From NCBI GenBank assembly GCA_963556905.1, contig CAUWAY010000001.1:89720-153719 (forward strand): DNA of 64,000 nt, read 5' to 3'. The notes under the pieces are model-generated. The model was not told the origin of the DNA, did not search any database, and saw only the letters and a list, made by a program, of their open reading frames with translations. The translations under genes were made by a program, and so were the position numbers. Positions 1 through 10,693 of this stretch are shown here, piece by piece (within the stretch, counting starts at the first letter, position 1; each line of letters starts with the position of its first letter). Origin of the DNA: an uncultured Clostridia bacterium (GTDB lineage: Bacteria; Bacillota; Clostridia; TANB77; CAG-508).

Positions 1-903
1 AAATTCTATACTTGGCATTGCACCATATTTTTCCCACTCTTTTTCTTCAGTTCCCTCATATACTAAAATTCCAAATTCTAAATTTGAAAGTACTGTGTTA
101 ATAGGAACATATAAATATGCTCTATAAATTCCATCCCCTCCTGTGAATGTTTTTGAAGTTCCATTTTTATTTGTTGTAGAAATTGCTGGTCCTCCTATTT
201 TTTTATCATTAGCATCAACAGCAATTGTAGCATTTATGTATTTTGCTGTTATATCTCCACTAATTCTCTTAAGAGCAAAAGTATATGTTTTTGCAATATC
301 TAATTCTTCTTTCTTTTTGTCTACAATAGCAGAACCATCTTGTAAATTTATATAAACCTCTAACCAAAAATCTTTAGTACAAGTCCCATTTAAAATTATT
401 TTTTCATCTACTATTTTAGCAGTAACACCATTAGCATTAATTATTTTAGAAGTCTCAAATGGTTTAAATTTATTATATCCCTCTCTACTCTCTTGCTTAC
501 TATTCCCAAACACTTCAAACTTCTTAAATCTAGCACCAGATGCATTTTCTATAGTTATGTTCTCTCCACTAGCTTTTTGAATAATTGAATTTGCTTCAAT
601 ATCTGCTCTTAGTCTTTGATTTTCCTCTTTTAACTCAATATTTTCTTTTTTTGTATTCTCTATATTTTTGTCTTGTTCTGTATCTTTTGCTTTTATATTT
701 TTTATATCTTCTTTATTTGTTGTGTTATCTTCTTCTAATGATTTTATTTTTTCTATGCTTTGAGTTAATTCATCTGCATTATTATTTATTACTTGTTTAG
801 TCTTTCTCCAATTCGCATTCAAATAATTCTCAATATCAAATAAATTTTTATTTGTTGATGGATTTTCATGTATTGCATAATTATCTATTTTTTCAATTGC
901 CAT
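1..903 (-). CDS. Phage tail fibre/minor structural protein (partial, runs off window)
   Basis: Open frame read by hand from ATG at 903 (MAIEKIDNYAIHENP...) with AGGAG RBS; coiled-coil then beta-rich region; position after tail genes. Confidence 0.7.
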   Translation of the reverse strand, partial: MAIEKIDNYAIHENPSTNKNLFDIENYLNANWRKTKQVINNNADELTQSIEKIKSLEEDNTTNKEDIKNIKAKDTEQDKNIENTKKENIELKEENQRLRADIEANSIIQKASGENITIENASGARFKKFEVFGNSKQESREGYNKFKPFETSKIINANGVTAKIVDEKIILNGTCTKDFWLEVYINLQDGSAIVDKKKEELDIAKTYTFALKRISGDITAKYINATIAVDANDKKIGGPAISTTNKNGTSKTFTGGDGIYRAYLYVPINTVLSNLEFGILVYEGTEEKEWEKYGAMPSIEF

Positions 904-917
904 TTTTTTCTCCTTTT

Positions 918-1427
918 TTAATTATTTGTTTCGTACCAACCAAAACCCGATATTTGACAATATCCCACTCCTTCAGTAGGTGTTACTTTTAATTTTCCCG
1001 CAGTCATTCCATAGTCTACCTGTATTCTAATCTTTTTGTTATTTGTAATTATTAAGTTGGCATTTATCTCATTTTCTAATAATTGATACAAACTACCTAA
1101 AGTTATAGGTTGTTGGCAAAGATATTTACTAGCATTAACTTCAAATGGTAAGCCAGATATAATTCCATAATTTTCTGTTCCATTTAATTTTGTAATTTTT
1201 GCTCTTATGTAAAAATCTATATAAACTAATGTACCTATTTTTTTATATGTACCTATTTGTGTAGTGTATGTCACTGTTGGAGTTTTTCCCTCTAATGTAT
1301 CTAATATTGGTGTCCATGTTCCCTCAACAATTTTATCCTGTTTTCCATTCTCAATATTATTCTGAAATTCAGTCATTGTGCTTTGATTTAGCTTTGTTAC
1401 TTTATTTATCCAATTTATTAATTTCAT
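918..1427 (-). CDS. Phage tail-associated protein
   Basis: 169 aa ORF; EGTWTP...GTYKKIGTLVYI motif typical of tail fibre/baseplate domains. Confidence 0.65.
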   Translation of the reverse strand: MKLINWINKVTKLNQSTMTEFQNNIENGKQDKIVEGTWTPILDTLEGKTPTVTYTTQIGTYKKIGTLVYIDFYIRAKITKLNGTENYGIISGLPFEVNASKYLCQQPITLGSLYQLLENEINANLIITNNKKIRIQVDYGMTAGKLKVTPTEGVGYCQISGFGWYETNN

Positions 1428-4099
1428 ACTTATCCTCCTTAAGAATTTTTATTTCATCTTGAAGTGCATCTACTTGTTGTGATAATTCTTGTATAGCTTT
1501 CCAACATATTGAAATCATTGTATAAGAATTAATTCCTTTTTTAGAATTTGAAATTACTTCTTGTGGTGTTTTATATTCTTTTCCTATTACAAAACCAATA
1601 TGTTTTTTTGCTCCTTCTTTTTCAGTATTATAATTAAAACTATATAGTTCTCCAGAATTAATAATTTTTAAAGCATTATTATTTAATTTTTTTATATTTT
1701 TCTTTAATGTTGACAACGAATTGTATTCATATGCATTTGCTGTAATTGTGTTCATGACAAGCAATTCCATATCAGTATCTATTTTTTTAGAATGTGTATT
1801 AAGTCTTATAAAGGAATTTTCCCCAAAAGCATTAATTAATACGTCATTTTCAGAAACTGAACCAACATCAATATAACACCCTCCACTACGTTGAATAGAA
1901 ATTGCGCCAGGAACTATTAATGTTCTCTCATCTGAATTAGTTCTAGTAACTTCAAAAGATGGGTCATCTATTGTTCCATCTTTTAATTGAATTTTTCCAC
2001 TTTTAATATTTACATTTGATAACACTGTGTTTCCATTTTCATCAACACTAAAATTATCACTTTTAATAGTAATTTTTTTACTACCCAAATTTATTTCATT
2101 GCCTGCCAATAGGTTTAAAATATCATTTGCTGATAATTCAATTTTATTTGCATTAATTCCGATATTTTTCAGCACTTTGATTAATTTTTGAAATAATTTC
2201 ATCGTTTCCCACCTTCTTCTTAACTTCTTGATTTATTTCTTTTGCTGTTACATTAATTGCTGCATTCATTTCAGTTGTTTTAGAATAACTTTCAAGTTTT
2301 TTATTTACATTAATCTCAACTTTTTCTGCTGTTTGTTCTATTGCACTATTCATTTCAACCTTTGATGCATAAATATTAGTCATATCATTTTGAATTGCAA
2401 ATTTTGCATTTATTCTTGTACTATAGTTTTTTATTGATAATGTGTTTGTACCGTCAAACAATTCTATTGAAAATGTACCTAAATCTTCTATTGTTTCTTT
2501 TGTTTTAATTGTTCCATCTTTATTTATTCTACGGATTATTTGAGCTTTTCCTTCTTTTAAAACATATTCGTCACAAACATCATCTTTTTGTCTTAGCACA
2601 TCTTCAATTCCAAGTTCATATTCCTTTGAATTTCCTTTTGAATCAGCTACTACAATTATGCTATCTCCAAGTAAATATAAATCATCACTTAAAGTCACAT
2701 CATCTCCTATTGCTAAATAACTAAATACGTCATTATTCCCATATATATGTAATTCTATCAGTTCTCCTTCTATTGCATTTCCTAATTGTATCGTTTTATT
2801 TCCTTCAATTGTATTTGTTGTTTCTTCTATATGTGATACTTTTTGGGATATACTATCAACAGTTTGTTCTACTTCTGTTAGCTTTTCTCCAGTTTCAGTT
2901 TGTTGCTTTATGATTGAATTAATTTTTTGTTCCTGTTTATCTACAATTATTTCTGTTCTTTTAGCAATATCCAAAGCATTTGGAACATTTTGATACTCTA
3001 CTGTTGCTTTTGTGATAGATGGCGCTTCGATTGTACTTTCTAATCCATTTGGACTTTTAAAATTAAATCTAAATAAAAATGAGCTACAAATATTTCCTTC
3101 TTTATCTACAGCAACAATTTCATCTCCTGTTTCTAAATATGCTTTTCCTTGACATTTTATTTCAAATGAAGTATACTCAAATCCTTTTACAGTATTAAAA
3201 AGAGCATTTATTAATTGCTCTCTTTTAGATTGGGTATATGCAAATGGGTTGTCATTTATCGCCAATATGTTTTCGCCATTTTTTGAAATACTTTCTTCAT
3301 CTCGTAATGTTATATTTTCTCCTTCCACGTCTTTCATGCCAAGACTTACTACATTTATTGGATGCGTATTTCTTTTTACAGTTAATTCTTTATAGCTTGA
3401 CTTATCAAATTTATTGGTTTGATCAAATAATTTTTCTACTGGAAGCATATTAAGGTCTTTAACTGCCATTTTATGCACTTCTTTTACTAACAACCCTTTT
3501 CTTTTAGGTGTTATAAAGTATAATTTATTATCACTTCTAATTTTAGCAAATGACCCACTTAATTGTGCTATTGCCTGAAAAACTTGCCTTATTAATGTTT
3601 TTTGCTTAAACTGATTACTATCTACAATAAAATCACTATTTGCAAAATCCAATGTAGCCAAAGTTATTCCTATACTATTGCAAGCTTCTTGGGCTACATC
3701 TAATAAAGTTACATCTCCATTTTGATATTTTAGATTTGTTTTATATTCTACGTTAGACTTTAGCATATAATCCATTGCAACTACTGTATTTATATTTTTG
3801 GTGTCATTAGGATTTACTTCTTGTATAATAAAGTTTCCTAAACTAGTCCACTTTACGTCATTTTCTACATATATACCTGTTAAATATTCAAATTCTTTTT
3901 TCTCTAAATCTATATTGTTTTCTATTTCAAATTCTAATGTTCTTGCAAAAGCTGTTCCAAAAATATTCCCTTCATCATAGCAATCATCACAATATTGAAC
4001 TTTAGTTATTCTGTATTCTTTATTATCCACTATAATTTTATCTATTTGTTTTGTACTTTTATCATAGGCTTGTTTTATTTCGTTAGATACTTCTATCAT
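1402..4099 (-). CDS. Tail spike/baseplate protein with C-terminal S74-like chaperone; +1 frameshift at CGG 2159-2161
   Basis: ORFs 2153..4114 and 1402..2202 join to about 898 aa on skipping one base (IISKINQSAEKY-GINANKI); C-terminal SLSTLKKNI...HIGFVI resembles an intramolecular chaperone. Confidence 0.8.
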
Positions 4100-4100
4100 A

Positions 4101-4475
4101 TTAAGCCTCCCCACATTGTTCTAATTCTATTTCAAATTCGTCATAAGTTTGCTCTAAATCTGAAAAGTATAATATTCTATTTTCAGGAAATTTAACAAAA
4201 AAACTTTTAGTGAGTATTTGTTGTTCTCTCGGAGAAAAATAAGAATATATATCTTCATTTTTAGAAAAATGAGACATATATTCTTTATATGTTTCTTTAT
4301 TTAATTGACTAAACTTAACTTTTATTTTTGTTTTTGGTTTGTCTCCATAATTTCTTCTTATTGTTCCATCTGCCATTGTAACTTCTGATATTATCTCTGG
4401 ATTATTTTCTAAAATAGAAAATCCACCACTTAATATATGATGGAACTCAAAATCTCCATGCTTTAATAAAATCAT
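4101..4475 (-). CDS. Distal tail-like protein
   Basis: 124 aa ORF between tape measure and tail spike. Confidence 0.6.
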   Translation of the reverse strand: MILLKHGDFEFHHILSGGFSILENNPEIISEVTMADGTIRRNYGDKPKTKIKVKFSQLNKETYKEYMSHFSKNEDIYSYFSPREQQILTKSFFVKFPENRILYFSDLEQTYDEFEIELEQCGEA

Positions 4476-4486
4476 TTTTCTTCCTC

Positions 4487-6386
4487 CTATGCAATTCCGT
4501 ATTGTAGCTTTTGCCTTGCATTTACTCTGTTTACTGTACTTGTTAATACTTTTCCATCTAAATTTGTTTCAGCTTTTACAACTATTTCTTTATTATTATC
4601 TATACTTTCTAATCTAAATTGCTTATTATCTTCATTAGTCAAGTTAATTTGATGTGTACTTGTTAAATTAGATGTTAATTTCGCATTTTCATAATCTACA
4701 GCTTTTCTCATATTCTTATATACTCCACTCAAACTATCTTCAAAACCTTCTCCCAGTCCTAATCCTAAATATTTACCAATTTCATCAGCAAATACTTTAG
4801 ATGGCGAATGAATACCCAAAGCATTTTTCATATTTGTAACAATATTTCTTGCAAAACTTTTAACCTTGTCTGCAACCCAACTTGCCATTCCTGATATACC
4901 ATTCCATAATCCCTCAATCAAATATTTACCTACATTTTTTACCTCTTCCCAACCTTGCTTTAAACCATTGACAATATTAGAAATTAGTTGAGGTGCTACC
5001 TCTAACAATTTCCAAAATGAACCAACAATTCCTGCAATTAATTTTCCTAGTAATTCTCCACCAGCTTGTACTATTTTAGGAAAATTTCTAATCAATGCAT
5101 CTATTAATTTTTGTATTATTTCAGGTGCTTTTTCAATTAATTTTGGTAAAGCATATATTATTCCATCTATGAAAGCCAATAATATATTGATACCTGCATC
5201 TATAAGTTGATCTATATTATCAAGTAATGTTTCAACCAATGTAATAATACAATCTATTGCCATTGGAATTAATTCAGGTAACATTTGAGAAATGCCTTTT
5301 ATTAATTCTGCCAACAAGGTAATTCCCATTTCCAATATTTGAGGTAACATAGATAATAATCCTTTTATAAATGACTCTATTAATTGAATTGCGACTGGTA
5401 TTAGTTGCGGGATATAATCTATTATTGCTTGTAATAGTGCACCTAGAATTTGTCCTATACTTGATAATATAGTTGGTGCATTTGTAGTAATTATATTTAA
5501 TATTTGTGGAAATATTTGATTAATTCCATCTAAAATTTGTGGTGTAGCATTTGCAATACTTTGTACAATATTAGGAAGTAATTCTCCTAAAACATTTACT
5601 ATATTTTGTATTGCAGTTATTCCTGTCTCAACTAATTGTTCAATCGTTCCACTTCCATTTAAAAAGTTATCAAAAGCAGATTTCATTGAACTTATACTAC
5701 CAGTTATGGTTTCAGATGCTTCTTTAGCAGTTGTACCAGTAATTCCTAGTTCTCCTTGTATGACGTGAATAGCATTATATACATCATTCAAATTACTTAT
5801 ATCATATTTGATTCCTGATATTTTTTCAGCATCAACTAAAAGTCGTTGCATTTCTTCTTTAGTTCCACCATAACCAAGTTTTAAGTTATCAAGCATAGTA
5901 TAATTCTGTTTTGCAAACCCTTGATATGCATTTTGTATCATTTCCATTGATGTTCCGCATTTTGTTTGCATTATCTGCCATATCTGTTATTGCCATATCT
6001 GCACTATTAGCAGCTTTTTCTGTATCCCCACCCAAGCTTTGTAATAAACTTGCACTAAAACTAGTAACTGTTGACATATATTCATTTGCACTCATTCCTG
6101 CTGTTTTATAAGCATTTTCTGCATTTTTTATTACTTTATCTGCACTACCTTTAAATAAAGTTTCGATACCACCTACATTCTGTTCTAAATCTGCATATGA
6201 ATTAACAGCTCCGATACTAAGCCCTGCTAATGCAGTAGTTGCTCCTCCTATAGCTACAGTTACCCCTTTTAATGCTGTGCTAGCTATATTACCTATTTTA
6301 CTAAATCCATTTTTTAACTTATCTATTCCTTTTGATACTCCACTATTGTCTAATTTTGTATCAATTACTACTGAACCATCTGCCAT
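4487..6386 (-). CDS. Tape measure protein; +1 frameshift at CGG 5955-5957
   Basis: MADGSVVIDTKLD N-terminus; conserved DNANKM-GTSMEMIQNAYQGFAKQNYTMLDNLKLGYGGT restored on skipping one C; about 632 aa. Confidence 0.9.
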
Positions 6387-6424
6387 TCTAGAAATTCCTT
6401 TCTAGTCATCGGCACATAATGGCA

Positions 6425-6568
6425 CTACTTGACGTTTATTTTTATTTCAAATTCTTTTTTACATTTTCGTCCTTTGCATTTTACAAAAACGCCTTTAACT
6501 TTTGTTTTCTCTTTATCATACCAAATAGGCATTTCATATCCACAAAAAGGACATTTTATTTTTTGCAT
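6425..6568 (-). CDS. Small zinc-ribbon protein (Mu Com-like)
   Basis: 47 aa MQKIKCPFCGYEMP...VKCKGRKCKKEFEI with GGAGG RBS; below the ORF track cutoff. Confidence 0.7.
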   Translation of the reverse strand: MQKIKCPFCGYEMPIWYDKEKTKVKGVFVKCKGRKCKKEFEIKINVK

Positions 6569-6614
6569 TTTTCCTCCCATTATAAAAGCACCAGTTTATA
6601 CTGATGCTTTAGTT

Positions 6615-7067
6615 TTAAGCTACTTCTCTTAAATCTTTAACATTTATTATCATATTTCGTAAATTTTCTAGAATATCTTCCCAAAAATATTCTGGTAATT
6701 CTCTGTATGTCGCAACTCCGTATTGATCGTTTATCTTTCCATATACTCTGGGGAATATTTTTGATTTCATTTGATGATATTCAAGTCCATTTTCTTCACA
6801 TATCAATTTAACTTTTTCTTTTACTGCTTTTCTTAATAATCTAGCTTTATTGGAACTTAAATATATTTTCTTTTTAATTATTTCATCATGTTCTTGAAGT
6901 CTAATGCCAACTTCTTGAAATCTTTGTTCTGTCTCTGTTTTAAATCCTGCAAATGCATAATTCATTACAGTTTGACTCTCTGTGAGCCCTTTTATTAAAT
7001 CTTTAATATCTAATTCCTTTGTTCCTTGCATTTTTTCTTTATTTTCCTTTAATATTATATCACTCAT
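6615..7067 (-). CDS. ORF6C-like domain protein (antirepressor-associated)
   Basis: C-terminal YGKINDQYGVATYRELP pattern typical of ORF6C. Confidence 0.65.
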   Translation of the reverse strand: MSDIILKENKEKMQGTKELDIKDLIKGLTESQTVMNYAFAGFKTETEQRFQEVGIRLQEHDEIIKKKIYLSSNKARLLRKAVKEKVKLICEENGLEYHQMKSKIFPRVYGKINDQYGVATYRELPEYFWEDILENLRNMIINVKDLREVA

Positions 7068-7953
7068 TTATTATCTCTCCTTCTTCGAAAATTACATTTC
7101 CGACCATATTCTTTTCATTTCTTAATGCTTGTTTCATTAAAATTGTCCAACTTTCAACTTCATTTATTTTACTTTCCAATATTTTTTTATTTTGAGGTGG
7201 TATTTTTTGCAATTCGTCTTTTAAATACGTATATTTTGAAGCCTTATCCAGAAAATCCTTTATATTTACAAGTAAATGTTCTAATCTTGTATCGCTATAT
7301 ACTTTATCTTGATTAATTTCTTTATCTAATTTTATTCTACTTAAAGTGTTTTCTGCTTTTTCTGCTCTTTTCCTTAATGTTTCAAGTTCTTTTTCTAATG
7401 CTTGTTTTTCTAAAGTTAGTTTTTGTGGAACTACTTCTTTAACAACTTCTTTCTCTATTATTTCTTTTTGGGGTACTTGAATATTCTCAATTTCATTTTG
7501 TAGTGCTGCAATTTGTCTTTCTTTTTCTTTTATTTCTTTTTGAAGTTCGTTAGAAAATTCTTGTTCTTCTTGTAATTTCTTTTTTATTTCTTTCTTTTCT
7601 TTTACAACTTGTTCTAATTCTCTTGATGTCATATCTTCAATATTGTTTTCTTTCATTACTTCTTGTCTATCTTCTTCATCAAGTCCTGCTAAAAGAAATA
7701 ATTTTGTACTCCCTAAATGCGACAGCGATGTCGTATTTGAAAACTCTCTTCCTATTTGCATAAATCTTTGTGCCGACCTTTCTGTAAAGTCAACTTTTTC
7801 CTTTAGCCAACACTTAAATTCTCCATGTTCTAAATTTTCTTTAACTTCTATAAGCCTTTTACCTATTTCTATAATATTTTGTGCTGTTTGGTCTTTTAAT
7901 ATAAGAATTTCTGCTGTTGTTTTTTCTATATTGAACTCTGTTAATTCTTGCAT
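7060..7953 (-). CDS. DUF3102 domain protein
   Basis: IIEIGKRLIEVKENLEHGEF..WL..VDFTERSAQRFM motif followed by coiled coil. Confidence 0.8.
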   Translation of the reverse strand: MQELTEFNIEKTTAEILILKDQTAQNIIEIGKRLIEVKENLEHGEFKCWLKEKVDFTERSAQRFMQIGREFSNTTSLSHLGSTKLFLLAGLDEEDRQEVMKENNIEDMTSRELEQVVKEKKEIKKKLQEEQEFSNELQKEIKEKERQIAALQNEIENIQVPQKEIIEKEVVKEVVPQKLTLEKQALEKELETLRKRAEKAENTLSRIKLDKEINQDKVYSDTRLEHLLVNIKDFLDKASKYTYLKDELQKIPPQNKKILESKINEVESWTILMKQALRNEKNMVGNVIFEEGEIINE

Positions 7954-8049
7954 ATTCTTTTCTCCCTTCTTCAATTCCTTCTAAATACACTAAATAAATT
8001 GATATAATTAGAGGTAAAGCAAAACAGAAAAACATTCCCCATACATTGA

Positions 8050-8421
8050 CTATATGCATTGTTCAGTACCTCCGTTTACATATCTTAATAATTGATTTAG
8101 TTTTTCTGGATTATTTTGAGCTATAAATTTAAAATACGGATATAATTCATTGTCCATTCTGCGACCTTCTTTTTCTTCATATTCCATAATAAATTTAACA
8201 TCTTCATCAATTTCAAATTTTTCTCCACTTTGTAAATGATGTCCATCTTGTAATTCTCTCTCAATTCCATATACAATATCGCTTAATTTTTCTGTTTCAT
8301 TTGGTGCGATACTTATAATAGTTATTTTATCTTTAAGTTTAAAAGTAAAATAAGTACTATCTTTAAAATAATTTTCTCTGTCTTGTTTTTCTGTTCTATA
8401 TTCAATCTTTAATTTTGCCAT
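8050..8421 (-). CDS. Hypothetical phage protein
   Basis: 123 aa ORF with AGGAGG RBS. Confidence 0.65.
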   Translation of the reverse strand: MAKLKIEYRTEKQDRENYFKDSTYFTFKLKDKITIISIAPNETEKLSDIVYGIERELQDGHHLQSGEKFEIDEDVKFIMEYEEKEGRRMDNELYPYFKFIAQNNPEKLNQLLRYVNGGTEQCI

Positions 8422-8462
8422 AATAAAAAGAAACCTCCTTTAAAAATTTTTTATATTTTAAG

Positions 8463-8567
8463 TTGAGATTTCTCTAATTCTATGATATAATATTTCATAG
8501 ATAGAGTTAATCTCTGTTGGTTGAGTTAATGTTGTGAGTTTGGCGATTCCACATTAACTCTTATTTT
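8463..8567 (+). ncRNA. Putative antisense sRNA unit (promoter plus terminator)
   Basis: TTGAGA-17-TATAAT (8463-8491) followed by hairpin GAGTTAATGT/ACATTAACTC (8523-8560) and a T-rich tail. Confidence 0.55.
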
Positions 8568-8731
8568 ATATCTACTTTTAACTTTTTTATTCCTATTCGT
8601 GCAGATTCTGTTTTACTTATATTTTCTTGTTTAGAATATTTTTCCAATATTTCTATGCATTCATCATCTAATCTTATATCAAGTCTACTTTTTTTAGGAT
8701 TATCAGTAGGTCTACCCATTTTTTTAGTCAA
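8561..8731 (-). CDS. Ribbon-helix-helix (CopG-like) regulator
   Basis: 56 aa from TTG: KKMGRPTDNPKKSRLDIRLD...SKTESARIGI; inverted repeat TTGACTGACA/TGTCTGTCAA upstream. Confidence 0.7.
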   Translation of the reverse strand: MTKKMGRPTDNPKKSRLDIRLDDECIEILEKYSKQENISKTESARIGIKKLKVDIK

Positions 8732-8856
8732 TATTTTCACCTCCTTAACTTTTGACTGACATAATTATATATTTTTGTCTGTCAAATGTCAAGAGATTTC
8801 TTAAATTTTTTTCAAAAAGTTTTGCAAAATAAAAACACCTACCTAAGTAAGTGTTC

Positions 8857-9660
8857 TTATTTTATTGTTACTAAATCTTTTTCTATAAATTCTTTCAAAT
8901 ATTTCTTTTGTAAATCACTTAATTCATCGTAATATGATTTCTCCCATATACATTTTGAAGGTCTAGACTTATATTTATAATTCTTTTCTATTTTGTGCTC
9001 TATTTTTTTTATATTCTTTTCTATAGCATATTTGAATCCATCATCCATTTGTTCAGTTTGCCACTCATATTCTTTTGTCGAAAACGGAATATAATATTTA
9101 CTACTTCTAGTACTTTTTAATAATTCTAGAGCTTCTATTGGTCTACCCAATTTAACTAAAACTTTTGCTTTGTCAATATATCCAAATTGAAAAAATGGTG
9201 TTATTTCAATTTCTTTTTCATAGCATTCAATGGCTTCATCTAGCTTATATTCACTTTCATAAATTATACCGATTTCATGAAGAAATTGCGATATTTGTAT
9301 ATTCTTTTTATTTATAATTGTATTATCGGCATTTTTTGGCACTTTAACATACTGATAATTCCATAATTCACTACTTATATATTTTTTGCCATATTCGATT
9401 CCTTTTAATTTGAAAGGATATCTAGACCATAGGTATGCTTCTGCTACAATATACTTTTCTTTTGGAGTATTTGGCTCTCCTATCAAGTCTATTGCCTTTA
9501 AAAATATATCTTGTCTGTCTACTTCTTTTTCTCCTTTTTTTGTTAATTCCTTAAATATCTTTTTTACTTCATATGAATATTTACCATTTTTATCAAAATT
9601 AAGCACCTCATATGCTAGTTCAGATTTATCTATTTTTTTTAACAAGCTGAATATTCCCAT
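8857..9660 (-). CDS. TPR-repeat protein (moron)
   Basis: HEIGIIYESEYKLDEAIECYEKEIEITP...KAKVLVKLGRPIEALELL TPR pattern. Confidence 0.65.
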   Translation of the reverse strand: MGIFSLLKKIDKSELAYEVLNFDKNGKYSYEVKKIFKELTKKGEKEVDRQDIFLKAIDLIGEPNTPKEKYIVAEAYLWSRYPFKLKGIEYGKKYISSELWNYQYVKVPKNADNTIINKKNIQISQFLHEIGIIYESEYKLDEAIECYEKEIEITPFFQFGYIDKAKVLVKLGRPIEALELLKSTRSSKYYIPFSTKEYEWQTEQMDDGFKYAIEKNIKKIEHKIEKNYKYKSRPSKCIWEKSYYDELSDLQKKYLKEFIEKDLVTIK

Positions 9661-9712
9661 AATTTGCCTCCATATAAAAAGTATACTATAACTAATGATA
9701 ATTTTCAAGTAT

Positions 9713-10291
9713 TTACCAAAAAGCTTTTCCAAAATCCGCTTCCTTTTGTTCTGTTGTTCTCATATCTGGTAAAGCATATTGTTTTTTTAATCTTTTATAA
9801 TTTAATTTCATATCTTTATCTTTTATTTTTGATAAATCAATCGCTCTATACCCCATTATTTTAACAAACTGTGTATTTTCACTTAAACTGTTCATTAAAG
9901 CTTTAAATTTCCACCAATGTAAATATTTAATACTATTCAAATCTATTTTATATATCTCCATAAAGGCGCTATATATGTACTCATCATCAAATTCATAGCT
10001 ATAAATTTGCTTATTGTTTTCTGTATTTTCTTTTTTATTTTTGTCGACATTCATATTTTGTTTTCCACAAGCATAAAACCATAATATATCATTTATTGCT
10101 TGTTTTATATCTGTTATTTCTGATAAATCATAATAATATAATTTTAATGCTTGAATTATTTTTGTTTGTTCATCTATTTTATTATCTTGCATTAATAGTT
10201 CAAATTTAATGCTTTCTCTGAAATCAGTTCTTATTTTTAATCCATTTGACGTATATTGTGGTAATTTATCTAATAAAATATTTTTATTCAT
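9713..10291 (-). CDS. Phage Gp15-family tail assembly protein
   Basis: IRTDFR, YIYSAF..YKIDL, LHWWKFKAL motifs. Confidence 0.85.
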   Translation of the reverse strand: MNKNILLDKLPQYTSNGLKIRTDFRESIKFELLMQDNKIDEQTKIIQALKLYYYDLSEITDIKQAINDILWFYACGKQNMNVDKNKKENTENNKQIYSYEFDDEYIYSAFMEIYKIDLNSIKYLHWWKFKALMNSLSENTQFVKIMGYRAIDLSKIKDKDMKLNYKRLKKQYALPDMRTTEQKEADFGKAFW

Positions 10292-10659
10292 TATTTTTTA
10301 TTTCCTTTATGATATTTATTATATCTTCTTTGTTCTCTGTTTGGTTGATATCTATTTAATGTATTTTCTAGTCCTTTTTGTTGTTCATTTTTTTGATTTA
10401 CAATATCTTCAAAAGCTTTTATATGTTCCATTAAATTTTTCTTTCCATTAAACATTTTTTCTGATATACCTTTTTCGAATACATTATCAAAGAAATTTTC
10501 TATTATAATACATTCTTGTCTTATAGCTTCCGAATGAGACATTTTTTGTTTATCTTTCAATTTACATTCTTCTTGTACCTTTCTTACTTCTTTTTCAAAT
10601 CTATCCACATCATCAGCATCTAAAAAATCAAAATTTACTTCTATATCTCTAATTCTCAT
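10291..10659 (-). CDS. Tail assembly chaperone
   Basis: Position between major tail and Gp15; C-terminal PNREQRR motif. Confidence 0.75.
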   Translation of the reverse strand: MRIRDIEVNFDFLDADDVDRFEKEVRKVQEECKLKDKQKMSHSEAIRQECIIIENFFDNVFEKGISEKMFNGKKNLMEHIKAFEDIVNQKNEQQKGLENTLNRYQPNREQRRYNKYHKGNKK

Positions 10660-10693
10660 ACTTCCTCCTAAATAAATTTAGAGCTAGAATAAT

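Noticed and set aside
1-4114. Diversity-generating retroelement or tail-fibre shufflon
   Set aside because: No reverse transcriptase, invertase or TR/VR repeat pair seen in this window
9713-10659. Classical -1 tail-chaperone frameshift
   Set aside because: The genes are coupled by TAATG and I saw no convincing slippery heptamer, so it is not supported
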